From the NCBI RefSeq assembly GCF_006345805.1, contig NC_043015.1, positions 43,648,001 through 43,712,000 on the forward strand: DNA of 64,000 nt, given 5' to 3'. Position numbers and translations under genes: made by a program. The notes below the pieces were generated by a model. The model saw only the letters and a program-made list of their open reading frames with translations. It was not told the DNA's origin and did not search any database. Positions 1 to 13,066 of this stretch are shown here, piece by piece (positions within the stretch are counted from its first letter, which is position 1; each line of letters opens with the position of its first letter). The DNA is from Octopus sinensis (taxonomy: Eukaryota).

Positions 1-117
1 GAACATAATTTCTGGTCAGTGATGTCGTTATAGTTGCTTTTGCAAATGCTGTCATTGTTGTAGTTGTTGCACCAGTCAGTGCTGCTACTGCTGCTGCTGT
101 TGCTGCTGCTGCTGTAG

Positions 118-149
<32 letters not shown>

Positions 150-150
150 A

Positions 151-985
151 TAAGGCGGCGAGCTGGAAGAATCGTTAGCAAGCCGGGCGAAATACTTAGC
201 GGTATTTCGTCTGCCGTTACATTCTGAGTTCAAATTCCGCCGAGGTCGACTTTGGCTTTCATCGTTTCGGGGTCGATTAAATAAGTACCAGTTACGCACT
301 GGGGTCGATATAATCGACTTAATCCGTTTGATTGTCCTTGTTTGTCCCCTCTATGTTTGGCCCCTTGCGGGCAATAAAGAAATGAGAAACGTTAGCGCGC
401 CGGGCGAAATGTGTAGCCGTATTTCGCCTGCCGTTACGTTCTGAGTTCAAATTCCGCCGAGGTCGACTTTGCCTTTCATCCTTTCGGGATCGATTAAATA
501 AGTAGCAGTTACGCACTGGGGTCGATATAATCGACTTAATCCGTTTGTTTGTCCTTGTTTGTCCCCTCTATGTTTAGCCCCTTGCGGGCAATAAACAAAT
601 AAGAATCGTTAGCAAGCCGGGCGAAATGCGTAACCGTATTCCGTCTGCCGTTACGCTCTGAGTCCAAATTCTGCCGAGGTCGACTTTGCCTTTCATCCTT
701 TCGGGGTCGATTAAATAAGTACCAGTTACGCACTGGGGTCGATATACAGACAAACTTATTCCGTTTGTCTGTCCTTGTTTGTCCTCTCCGTGTTTAGCCC
801 CTTGTGGGTAGTAACGAAACAGGTATTTCGTCTGCCGTCGCGTTCTGAGTTCAAATTCCACCTAGGTCGATTTTGACTTTCATTCTATCGGGGTCGATAA
901 ATTAAATACCAGTTGTGTATTGGAATCGATCTAATCGACTGCCCCCACCCCACTCCCCACATATTTCAGGCCTCGTACCTATAGA
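151..985 (+). mobile_element. Head-to-tail array of 4 copies of tRNA-derived SINE family A (OK-like)
   Basis: Units of about 215 bp start near 151, 386, 601 and 816 and repeat GTTCTGAGTTCAAATTCCGCCGAGGTCGACTTTGCCTTTCATCCTTTCGGGGTCGAT. B-box-like GAGTTCAAATTCC is present. The same sequence is dispersed elsewhere in the window. Confidence 0.85.
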
Positions 986-1324
986 AGAAAGGATTATAGT
1001 TGTTGTTTCACGGTCAAGTTCATTGTCGTGTCTACCTCGATCGTGTATATAATGCCGGAGATAATAAGATAGTCTTCGTTTCCTTTGATTTCTTTCAGTC
1101 GCATTCATTCACTTTTCTCTTATTCTTTTTTTTGGTTAGTCGCTTGGTGTTCTCATTCGTAAAAAGATTTAGGAAATTAATTAGACGTAGAAGAATCAGA
1201 GTTAGCTTATTAAAATCTGATGCGGCATGACAATTTTAGCACACTGAACTATACGTATGGTCCTATTGACGTAGATGTATTTCAGTGCAGCGTATTACAT
1301 ATCGTTTATCCTTTGTTGATTTGA

Positions 1325-1530
1325 GTCTCGAGACTGCGGCCATACTGGGGCATCACCTTGAAGGTGTTTTAATCGGATGAATCGACCACAATGCTTCTTA
1401 TTTTCTTTTTAAAGCTTATAACTTAATTCATCGCCCATTTCTTTACTGAACCGTTCAGTTACGGTGACGTACACGCACCAACAACTGCTATCAAGTGATA
1501 ATGGGTGACAGGTGCAGAAATAAAGACACA
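1325..1530 (-). mobile_element. SINE family B, diverged 3' half
   Basis: GACTGCGGCCATACTGGGGCA...GAACCGTTCAGTTACGGTGACGTACAC matches the reverse complement of the family B 3' region. Confidence 0.65.
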
Positions 1531-1852
1531 CATAAACCTGCATATATATGTATACATATATATATATATACACACACATACACACACAGACACACACACA
1601 CACACACATATATGGTGGATCAACGAGGAGACTCTAAGAGGTCACTAAGCTTGGTAGAGATAGCTAACCTTCGAGTGAATCGAAACCGTAAAGTACAAAA
1701 TGATTTTAAAAAGTGTATATATTGGGTATCTTGTTTCAGTGCTCCCTGCATATGAAAACATTAATAATAATAATAATGATAATAATAATAAGAATGATAA
1801 TAGTAATAATAATAATAATAATAATAGTAATAGTAATAGTAATAATAATAAA

Positions 1853-1892
<40 letters not shown>

Positions 1893-1925
1893 GTAATAGT
1901 AATAATAATAATAATAATAATAGTA

Positions 1926-1970
<45 letters not shown>

Positions 1971-2303
1971 GTAGTAGTAGTAGGAGGAGGAGGAAGATTG
2001 TAAGATAAATTAAACAGCTTAAATTTCCTTGATTAGAGTAAACTTGGAACTAAACAAGATGTTACTCACTGATATCATCATCAGCATCACCAGCATCACC
2101 ATCATCAACAGAATCATCATCATCATCATCATCATCATTGTCATCATCACCACCACATAAGCCAATATCATCATCATCGTCATTATTATCGTCAACAGCA
2201 GCAGCAGCAGCTGAAGCACCCCCCCCCAATCATATACATCATCTTCAACAGCAACGATAACGTAAATTCTTGCAGAAACGTGAAAAAAAATTGGATGTAT
2301 ATC

Positions 2304-2779
2304 TAATGTAAAAATCTCAACGTTAATAATTGCATTTTTGAAAGATTGCTTGGGAGAGAATGATTAATGAATGATACACTGGCAATATGGCGTAAAAGAG
2401 CCGGGGATTGACAAAATCATGAGATCGACATATAAAATAACTTGTGGTATTTCATCTTATACTTGACATCCAAAGTTCAAATCCCGTGAGAATCCACATT
2501 GTCCTTCTTGCTTTCGGGGTTGATAAAATATTGTGCCCATGTAATGTAAAAATCTCAACGTTAATAATTGCATTTTGAAAGATTGCTTGGGAGAGAATGA
2601 TTAATGAATGATACACTGGCAATATGGCGTAAAAGGGCCGAGGATTGACAAAATCATGAGATCGACATACAAAATAACTCGTGGTATTTCATCTTATATT
2701 TTACGTCCAAAGTTCAAATCCCGTCAGAATCCACCTTGTCCTTCTTGCTTCCGGGGTTGATAAAATATAGTGTGCCAAT
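2304..2779. repeat. Tandem duplication, period 238 bp, including an old SINE A-like remnant
   Basis: TAATGTAAAAATCTCAACGTTAATAATTGC starts at 2304 and 2542; the units are highly similar throughout. Confidence 0.9.
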
Positions 2780-3105
2780 GAAGAACTGGGATCGAAGTGA
2801 TCAACTAAACCTTGTCCTTAAAAACACTTAGAAACCAACTATAAGTTGTAGAGGTTTTTCTGCTTAAGAAAACTGGTTGTTTGATAAAAAGTTTGTAGAT
2901 TCTCTAAGCTGAAGTAATGTTCCTTTTTCCTTAGTAACAACATGGTATCTCTTATTTATTCATTTTGTTTACAGTTTGTTTTCATTGGTTTCCTTTATGA
3001 GATTAACTTTGCTGTACATTTTTAACTGGTTTTCTATACAAGCTAAACTATTCTATTGATTACCAATAGAGTTGAGATCAATGATGTCAGTGTTTGTACT
3101 TGCAG

Positions 3106-3169
3106 GTGAGCCTGGGAATAGTTCTCATCATCACTGCTATTATCAACACCACCTTCCTCATTCACACAG
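3106..3169 (+). CDS. Candidate 64-nt exon, VSLGIVLIITAIINTTFLIHT (TM-like)
   Basis: tgtacttgcAG acceptor, CAG|gtaaaa donor and an open hydrophobic frame. The CAG|gtgagc at 3105/3106 could itself be a donor. No homology recognised. Confidence 0.25.
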
Positions 3170-3240
3170 GTAAAAAACAGCAGGATAACTATGCCAAGTT
3201 GTATAAGTTCCTTCTTCTTTTTCTTCTTCTTCTTCTTCTT

Positions 3241-3317
<77 letters not shown>

Positions 3318-3377
3318 CATCATCATTTTTCTTCTTATTATTATTGTTGTTATTTTTATAATCTATTTATTTATTTA

Positions 3378-3768
3378 TTGTCTTTGCACAGTTTCTATCG
3401 CTGGAGATGTACTACGGTGCCAGCTGTTCACTACCAGCGAACTATGGTAACACCCCTTATCTATGCGAACACCATCTGGAGTATTCGAGCGGTTCCAAGC
3501 AGTGCTGTTTTCTGCAAGTGCTCCACCCTTATTGCAGCCCCTATTTGCTCCATGTACTTCTCCAGATTTTTAGTCACTGTTTCCACGGCTCCGACAACTT
3601 TTGGTACTACTACCACCTTTTTCATCGACTACACCTGCTTAACCTCCCAAGCTAACCTATCATATCTATCGACATTTCTTTCTTCCTTATCGCATACCTT
3701 GTTGTCAGCTGAGCATACTATATCTATAATCCAGCATCGTTCGCTCTCCTTCTCAATTAACACTATGT
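3378..3768 (-). mobile_element. R4/Dong-like non-LTR retrotransposon, 3' fragment (restriction-like endonuclease)
   Basis: Minus strand reads VLIEKESERCWIIDIVCSADNKVCDKEERNVDRYDRLAWEVKQV*SMKKVVVVPKVVGAVETVTKNLEKYMEQIGAAIRVEHLQKTALLGTARILQMVFA*, the typical RLE C-terminus. An (AAT)n-type tail follows. Confidence 0.85.
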
Positions 3769-3808
3769 ATCATCATCATCATTAATAATCATAATAATAA
3801 TGATGATG

Positions 3809-3840
<32 letters not shown>

Positions 3841-3841
3841 G

Positions 3842-3883
<42 letters not shown>

Positions 3884-4856
3884 TAATAATAATATAATAA
3901 TAAAGAAAAAAACACTGATGTAAACTAGCAATACGGAATCGTAATATATATGTACACACACACACATACATACATACATACATGCCTACATACATACATA
4001 CATGCATACATACATACATACATACATACATACATACATACATACATACATACATACATACATACATACATACACACACATACATATTCGTTCATATACA
4101 TATACACGCATGTGCGTCTCTGTGTTTTGATGAACGTGCAAGTGTATGATTGCGTATAAGGAAGTATAGTTGGGAAAAGAGAAAGAGAAATAGAAACAGA
4201 AAGAAGGGAATGGAGATGGAAAAAGAGAGAGAGAGAAAGAGAGAGAGAAAGAGACAGACGAACAGACAGTGCAGTGCAGCGTATAAACGTAAATGGAAAT
4301 TATTGATAGCTGTAGGGCATGCTGTAGAAAATTATTATTTCATGTCACAAAATATCTAATTTCGGTAATATGCAGTACTAATACTAATAAAAAAAATTAA
4401 CACGAAGCCAAAAATTATCTTGTTAATTATAACTATGTTTTCATTCGTGACGTTACTTTTGTCACGCTAATATCGTACATACGAGTGAAAAAAAGAAAAG
4501 TATTTCTTATTCGGAAAATAGAAATGCGTTTCATGTAAAAATATCATAGACAGGAGGCAGTGAGGAGATAATTAAATATTCTGTAGTCTCGAGGCCAAGA
4601 GCTTAATCAGTATGACTGCGATGCTCCGTGGAAAAGGGTGTCTTTGAGGTATTATCATTTCCAGTTCGTTAAGTGCCTATGAAATTATTGGATGGTGGAT
4701 GTTGAATGAGGGATTATTCAATTTCTGTTTGCCTGATGCGTATGTATTACACAAGGACACACATAGACGCATATAGGTGCAAGCATACGCTCTCACATAC
4801 ATACACGCATACACACTTATAACTATATCCCGACACATGTATCTATCTATCTATCC

Positions 4857-4953
<97 letters not shown>

Positions 4954-5266
4954 GATGTCTGCCTGTCTATCTTATTCTCTGTCTATCTGTCTATCTTCCT
5001 ATCTATTTAGGGTGATCGTCTTCAAAATGGAGACGAACATCATTCCTCCACGCGATCGGCTTGAAAAAAGTGTTAAGATATTAAGATGTTTTTGTTACAC
5101 GAAACCAATGGTAGCCTTAATACACAAATAAAGAAATGTTATCCACCAATACTGTGCTCAACACTCATTCCCACTGTTCGACATTTACATAGTCACCATG
5201 ACAGATCGGTAGCCACTACACCCTTTTTTTCTCTCCCTGTGTCTTTCCTTGTTTCTTTCTGTGTTC

Positions 5267-5302
5267 CTTTCTGTAGAAGAGCGTAGGCTCGAAACGTAAA
5301 GG
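5267..5302 (+). ncRNA. Non-canonical HHR-like motif in a (TA)n-associated repeat
   Basis: cttt-CTGTAGA-A-GAGC(gtag)GCTC-GAAAC-GTA-aagg. It has A6->U, an extra A and a zero-loop palindromic stem III. Confidence 0.4.
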
Positions 5303-5446
5303 ATTTTTAAAAAATTCCTGAGCGTTATACTAATACATCTGTTTGTTTTCTACACCACCAGTCTTCGTCTTTTGTTTTTTCGTGAATTCTCCCTATAGAT
5401 ACATATATATATATATATATATATTATATTATATATATATATATAT

Positions 5447-5517
<71 letters not shown>

Positions 5518-5520
<3 letters not shown>

Positions 5521-5917
5521 TGTGTGTAAGTAGCTTGCTAGCCAACCACATGGTTCCGGGTTCAGTCCCCACTGCGTGGCATCTGGGCAAATGTCTTCTG
5601 CTATAGCCCCGGGCCGAACAATGCCTTATGAGTGGATTTGGTAGACGGAAACTGAAAGAAGCCTGTCGTATATATGTATATATATATATATGTGTGTGTG
5701 TGTGTCTGTGTTTGTCCCCCTAGCATTGCTTGACAACCGATGCTGGTGTGTTTACGTCCCCGTCATCTAGCGGTTCGGCAAAAGAGACCGATAGAATAAG
5801 TACTGGGCTTACAAAGAATAAGTACCGGGGTTGATTTGCTCGACTAAAGGCGGTGCTCCAGCATGGCCGCAGTCAAATGACTGAAACAAGTAAAAGAGTA
5901 AAAGAGTAAAAGAGTAA
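5518..5917 (+). mobile_element. SINE family B, full length, internal (TA)n(TG)n, (AAAAGAGT)n tail
   Basis: A-box-like TGGCTGTGTG, B-box-like GGTTCAGTCCC and 3' GGCGGTGCTCCAGCATGGCCGCAGTCAAATGACTGAAACAAGTAAAAGAG; many copies in the window. Confidence 0.9.
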
Positions 5918-5928
5918 AGAGAGAGTAT

Positions 5929-5991
<63 letters not shown>

Positions 5992-6023
5992 TATAGATAG
6001 ATAGATAGATAGATAGATAGATG

Positions 6024-6056
<33 letters not shown>

Positions 6057-6057
6057 G

Positions 6058-6153
<96 letters not shown>

Positions 6154-6575
6154 TTACCAAAGCAATTAAACAAAAACCTCGCTATAATACATGCATATGT
6201 TCTGGGAAATGATTCTTTTAAGTTAAGTACACAACGACAGCCATTGCCTTAAAGCACATTGAAAAACCACATCTCAAACGTTAGTAAAACGATTCCAATC
6301 AATCAGTAACATGTGTTGTTTGTTCCACAACAAAGCATCATTTGGCCTACGCCATACATCAACATTTGTTCAGTAAAACTTCTTTTTTATGCGTCTCGGT
6401 AATATGTGGTATTCTTTCCAAATCTGTGACTCTGTGTTGGTGTAAAACTTATCTTGTATGAACATAACGCTAATATTTTTAGAGTAAATCTATTGTCTGA
6501 AAACATTTGTCAGGCGAAAACATATTTGTACTTTTACTCCCCCGCCTCACTCTCTCTCTCTCTCTCTCTCATATG

Positions 6576-6601
<26 letters not shown>

Positions 6602-6609
<8 letters not shown>

Positions 6610-6892
6610 AAAGGGCTTAGTAAAATAAATTACTTTGCCGCATACTGAACTCATTAGAAATAGCAGCTAAAAAACTTTTTTAAAGCTATTTCTAATACTT
6701 AAAGAAATAGCTTTAAAAAAGTTTTTTAGCTGCTATTTCTAATGAGTTCAGTATGCGGCAAAGTAATTTATTTTACTAAGCCCTTTTATATAATGTAATA
6801 ATTTGAATTCGCCTTGAATGGTCCCTTTGCATACTGAACACTTGGTGAAATTGATTAATAATTAATTAATTTTGCCCTCAATTGTTGAAATT
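6602..6892. mobile_element. Fold-back element: 92-bp inverted arms, 9-nt loop, about 100-bp one-sided tail, within (TA)n
   Basis: 6602-6693 is the reverse complement of 6703-6794 with no mismatch seen; loop AATACTTAA; (TA)n on both flanks. Confidence 0.85.
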
Positions 6893-7270
6893 ATATATAT
6901 ATATATATATACAGAGAACGAGAGAGGAAGAAAGAAAGGAAGAGGGAGAGAAAGAGAGAGAAATAGTAAGAAATATTTACCTCTTAAATATTTACATCTT
7001 AAAGCAATATAACTTGTCTTGTTCAGATAAATTTATATATATAAAGATTATCTCAGTTTTAAAAACATTCTTCTTATCTTTTTATACATATAAGCATATA
7101 TATACATACACACATACGTAATGCATACGTACATACATACATACATATAAACATACATACATATATGCATACATACACATATATATATATGCATGAACAT
7201 CTGTATATGTATATATATATATATGTCTGTGTGTATATACATGTATATGTACATATATACATATATATAA

Positions 7271-7303
<33 letters not shown>

Positions 7304-7304
7304 G

Positions 7305-7346
<42 letters not shown>

Positions 7347-8934
7347 TATATAAAAGCAGACACATGCAAACTCATTCACACATGTCTGTATGTATGTATG
7401 TATGTATCTATGTATGTATGTATGTATGTATGCATGTGCGCGCGTGCGTGGTGGTTGTCAAGTTGTCTGATGAGATAGACTTGATATATTCAAACTATAA
7501 AACATATACGCTAACATGAAATAAAGCGGTTGTTTGGTTGAGGAAACTTTGTTTGATAAGATAGCGGATATGAAATTTCCTTCACAAGTGATTAGGAGAA
7601 ACAATTGGGCTAAGATTGGCAGTAGTTGCAATAATTTTCGCTGACGTTATGTTGTAGAATGTTCACTTCAAGCACACCCAGGATAAATGCAGGACTATAA
7701 CAGCAATGTCAAATCACATCGATTTTCTTACGAAGGGACAGTGCGCGTATAGCTATTCAGATGACCAGTTCTCGAAATTGTATAACATACTAAAGTATGG
7801 AGGATGGGAAAGGTGTCGATAATATTGTGAGCTTTCTTAGCTTCAAAGTAACACGGTGCAGTGAAATGTAGTTTACTCTGTTCGAGAGAGTGTTGATGTC
7901 GAATGTAGCGCACTTTGAATGTGCTTCCCGTAAACCCCTTATAGGCTTTCCTCAGCACCTGATTACGTGAGTGTTATATATATATATATATATTATATAT
8001 ATATAAAATATTAGCAAGTTTTGGTTTATATGCAATGACTGTAGAAAATAAAATGGTTAATTCATGATTTGATATCATGTTCTACTGCATATCTTACGGC
8101 AATCAACAACTTTCTTTTTCTTTTATACACTCTACTGTAAATAGCTGTTAATAACGGTGTGCCCAACATAGTCATAGTATTTAGCTGCAAGAAGTAGGAT
8201 TACAGTAAAGTGAAAGTTAAAAGCATTCTCGTAGTTTAAAACTGCAAGACAACGAAAGAGGGGGAAATCATGTGTCAAGAGTAATTACAGGTTGATATTT
8301 TTTTAATTGAATTCTGGAAAACAACTCCTGCAGTTCCTTCTGCTATTATTTGAACTGATATATTGACATGGGTTGCTAATACTCAAAGCTATTTTATATT
8401 TTAAAGCTATTTTTTTGTCGTACATGTGATCAAACTGAGATTTTATTAATCAGTATTAATTACTATTAATTAGTTCTGATTACAAATCTTCAGGTGATAA
8501 TTGCAATAACCAGGCCGTGACGCTGTGAGCATTCAAGAAAACTGTTAAACCTCTGTTTGTTATGTATTTATGCATGCATGTGTGTGTATGTAAGCATGTG
8601 TGTGTCTGTGTGTATGTTCATGTATTTATATCCGTGTGTGAGTTTGTCTCCGTTTGTGTGTATGTGTCCGTATGTATGATGTGTGTGCGACTGAGTGTCT
8701 GTCTGTGTGCGTGCAATTTTGGATGTTATTTATATAAGTATTTAAACATAATGAAAATGCGTAACAAATAGGGTTACAAAACATCAATGAAATAATCGAG
8801 AAGCTGTGTATCTCTAAACGTAGTTCCTTGCCAAATGTGTCAATAACTATGATTTATTGCTATCAATTAGAAATACATTAACCTTGTTATCGCTCCGCTA
8901 TAAACCTTGAAACGACAACGTTGTGGTGACCCAA

Positions 8935-9321
8935 TCTCTATATATAAAGCTGAAGTTGTCTGTGTATGGTAGGTTTGGTAGCCTTCAACTAACACTATCT
9001 TCTCCGAGACCCTGCGGCGCAATTGACCAAATTTGAGAGTATGATAGAAGGTTTGCTCTTCATTCCGTAGGAGATAAAATTCAAATCGGACAATGTCAAC
9101 ACCAAAAATTATTTACATCAAAAAGGCGCTTTTTTGTCTATGAAAATCCTTATTTTGTACGATTTTTTGACTGCTGTGTCGTCATTTTACGGTGTATTTC
9201 AACCAGAAAAATGTTCACTTAAAGAGAATAACAAGCTACATAATGCAAAATGTTTACTTTTCAAAAATTCCAATTCTAAAATGTCGAAACAAACCCGAGC
9301 AACACCGGGTGATTCTGCTAG
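8935..9321 (+). mobile_element. Non-autonomous Helitron
   Basis: 5' TC (A|TCTCTATATATAAAGCTGAAGTTG), subterminal hairpin ACCCG...CGGGT, 3' CTAG|T, inserted between A and T. Confidence 0.8.
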
Positions 9322-10092
9322 TGAGAATATAAAATATAAATTTAAACAATTAATTCATCGCCTTTACTGTAGAGATATTTCGTCAAAATAACTTGATACA
9401 TAATTTAAGTCTAAAATGACAAAAACGATCCACTTTATTGCAATTCAACAGATATATTTAGATATTAATCTATGACATGTCATGAAATCGCGAACAATAT
9501 TTTCATTCTTCCATTAATTTCTAATATTAAATTTTATTGGCTAAATATTTACTCAGTTAAAACTACTTACAATCATGTGCAAATAAGATTTTATGATGAA
9601 TTTCAGAAAATAGTTTGATATTATCGTTTTGACATTGCTCAATAAAAAAATAGCATTAAGGGAAACATCATAATGTTAATAAAAAGAAAAACAGTGCATT
9701 TAATTCGTATAAGTGTTATATAAATAGATATGACTGTCACCAAGAAAATGATCCTTTATAACACTTCAGATCTCCAGATAGGATTAAGGTAAAACGGCAA
9801 TTTGAAATTAAACAAAAAGGATTTCGTGTTGATGATAATAGTACAGATAACAATGAAATAGGAATATGAAAACAAAAAGAGAAATCAAAGGAAAGAAAAT
9901 CTGTATAATGTGCGATTTGTAAACATATCGACATAGATATGGGAATAGAGAGAGAGAGTTGGAGGGATATACAAAGAGAGACAGACAGACAGGCAGGTAG
10001 GCAGGCACGTACACATTTTTATAGAGAAATGAAGAGATAGACAGAAAGGAATATACTTAGATGCACTTATCTATATATACATATATATTATA

Positions 10093-10462
10093 CTAGCAGT
10101 ATCACCCGGCGTTGCTCGGATTTGTAAGGGAAATAACTATATAAGCATTATTAGAGAGTTATAGCCAAAAAATAGCAAAAAAATGCATTAAAAATCGTTG
10201 ACTCATCGTAGACATTTTTAGAGAGTTACTTCCCTTATATAATAGCGAAAAAAATGCATTAAAATGGAAAAAAAAGATGGTAATGTTTTTTTTAAATCGT
10301 AGACTCATCGTTGACGCTCGCTAATACTCAGAAGGGCTCGATATGAATCACGACTATCATATACCCGGTTTTGGGTACACTGCACCGCAAAATGTGGAAG
10401 TAGTTAGGAATGTAAATCGTAGGAGACAGACACTCACACAACTTCAATTTTATATATAAAGA
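10093..10462 (-). mobile_element. Non-autonomous Helitron with related termini and a different interior
   Basis: The reverse complement starts TCTTTATATATAAAATTGAAGTTG and ends CCGAGCAACGCCGGGTGATACTGCTAG|T. Confidence 0.8.
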
Positions 10463-11289
10463 TATGAATGTACATATACACATACCTACGGATAGTTAGA
10501 AAGACAGTCAGACAGATAGACAGGTAGATAGATCGACAGAGAGACAGAAAGACAGATAGATAGATTGATAGATAGACACACAGACAAATTGGCACAGACA
10601 GATACACGCACTCACACACACGCACACATACACACACACACACATACACATATATATATATATATACTGACACACATATATTTATATCGGTAGATAGATA
10701 GATAGACAGATTGATAGAGCTGAATGTGCGGATATGTGTATATGTGTCAAATATTCGCTAAGGCGGTCACTTGTACGACTTAGATAAGCTTAAACAGAAT
10801 CATTAGTTATCCACACACTGAAGCGCATATGTATGTGTGTGCGCTTTTCGATGTTTGTCTGTTGGGGAGGAGGTACACGTGCGCGTTTGTGAGTGGTAAT
10901 GTGCTTTTGTGTCTGTACAACAAAAATAATTAGGTATGACATATGTATAAGAAATATCACATATGGTTTCATATACAGGCAATTATATTTGATTCTGTGT
11001 ATGCGTATGTGTGACCGTGTGTAGCGGCAACATGTGAATATATATATATATATATGAATTTGTATTCATATATATAGATGTGTGTCTATGTGTGTTGTGT
11101 TTCTGTGTGTGTGTGGGGGGAAGATATGTGTAAAAACTATTACTCGGAGCGAATCGATATCTAAGCCAAGTAAATGAGATTCAAGAAAACAGCTTTAAGT
11201 AGATTGTACTCGGTAGAAAAAAATTTTTTTCTTCTGTCTTAACACTAAATATGGCAGGCAGTTATATCGTACGCCAAAGTTTATCTGAT

Positions 11290-11700
<411 letters not shown>

Positions 11701-12000
11701 ATCTTTCTCTCTATGTATTTAGAATTACTATAACCATAGGTTTGTCCATCCATCTAGAATGGTTGCGGTACCATACCAATAGAAACAGAACACACTCAGT
11801 TGTGGAACACTTTGTAACCCCTAAACAATGGCTGATTACATGGAGGCGTTTCTATCATTGCAGTGCCTTTACTTGCCACCAGGACATCCCTTTGCAAACC
11901 ATGTTTCTATCTCCTATCGTGTCAATATTGTATTTCGTCCGTATATGAAATTGAATACGTACACATGCTCACACGCATACTCACACACAGAGAGGCTCAC

Positions 12001-12031
<31 letters not shown>

Positions 12032-12979
12032 GGATTACAGGTACACGTACACTTAGAATCTCATATAGATTGCTCGATAGCAAGCTAAGATAGACAGAGA
12101 GAGAGATAGACAAACTAATTGATAGATAAATAGTTCAGAGATAAACCGACACACATTCATATAAACAGACAGGCAGGTAGTTTGGTACGTAGGTAGTTCG
12201 GTATGTAAATAGATAGACAGATATATACATACATACATACATACATACAGACATACCATACATACATACATACATACATACATACATACATACATACATA
12301 CATACATACATACATACATACATACATACGTACATACATACATACATACATACATAATACATACATACATAATACATACGTACGTACGTACATACATACA
12401 TACATACATACATACATACATACATACATACATACATACATACATACATACATACATACATACATGGAACGACAGACAGAGTGATAGCTAGATAGATTGG
12501 ACACAATTTGTCTAAATATCTTTCTGCTATTTATTAGACTTGATGTGTAATGGATAGTGTAAATATATTCTTACTTAGAGGGGCACATGTGCATGTGTGT
12601 GTGTGTGTGGATGTGTGTGTTTGTTTACGATGGTGTGCCAATTGGACTAGCATGAACTTAAAAGAGTTTATATTCTCTTGACTGAACAAAATATTTTTCA
12701 TTGAAAGTCATTTATGAATAATTATCTTTAATTATTTATGACTCGAAGCTTCAACATGTCTAATGTGAATTAATACAAAGGAAAATGAATTGGTATGCAT
12801 TTAAGTCTGTTTTTTATTTAATTTTTCATATGTCCTGCCCGCCAAATTTGGTTCTGGTATTCGCTGAATTCTTCCTCTAGAGAATTTCCCTTGTAGTTTG
12901 ATCGTTGATGATCTATTTCTAGCATTCTGGCCGGCTACCTAGCAGGCCAGCCCTGCCAATATACATATATATATATATA

Positions 12980-13015
<36 letters not shown>

Positions 13016-13028
13016 TCTTTTCTGTGTA

Positions 13029-13066
13029 TCTTTCTGTTGAAGAGCGTAGGCTCGAAACGTAAAAGA
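13029..13066 (+). ncRNA. Non-canonical HHR-like motif, same family as 5267
   Basis: tcttt-CTGTTGA-A-GAGC(gtag)GCTC-GAAAC-GTA-aaaga, with a 5-bp stem I. Confidence 0.45.

Noticed and set aside
151-985. CRISPR-like repeat array
   Set aside because: Units are about 215-bp SINE copies with no unique spacers and no cas genes.
3106-3169. Assignment to a POMGNT1-like signal anchor
   Set aside because: The resemblance is only a generic hydrophobic helix, and no downstream exons of that gene were found.
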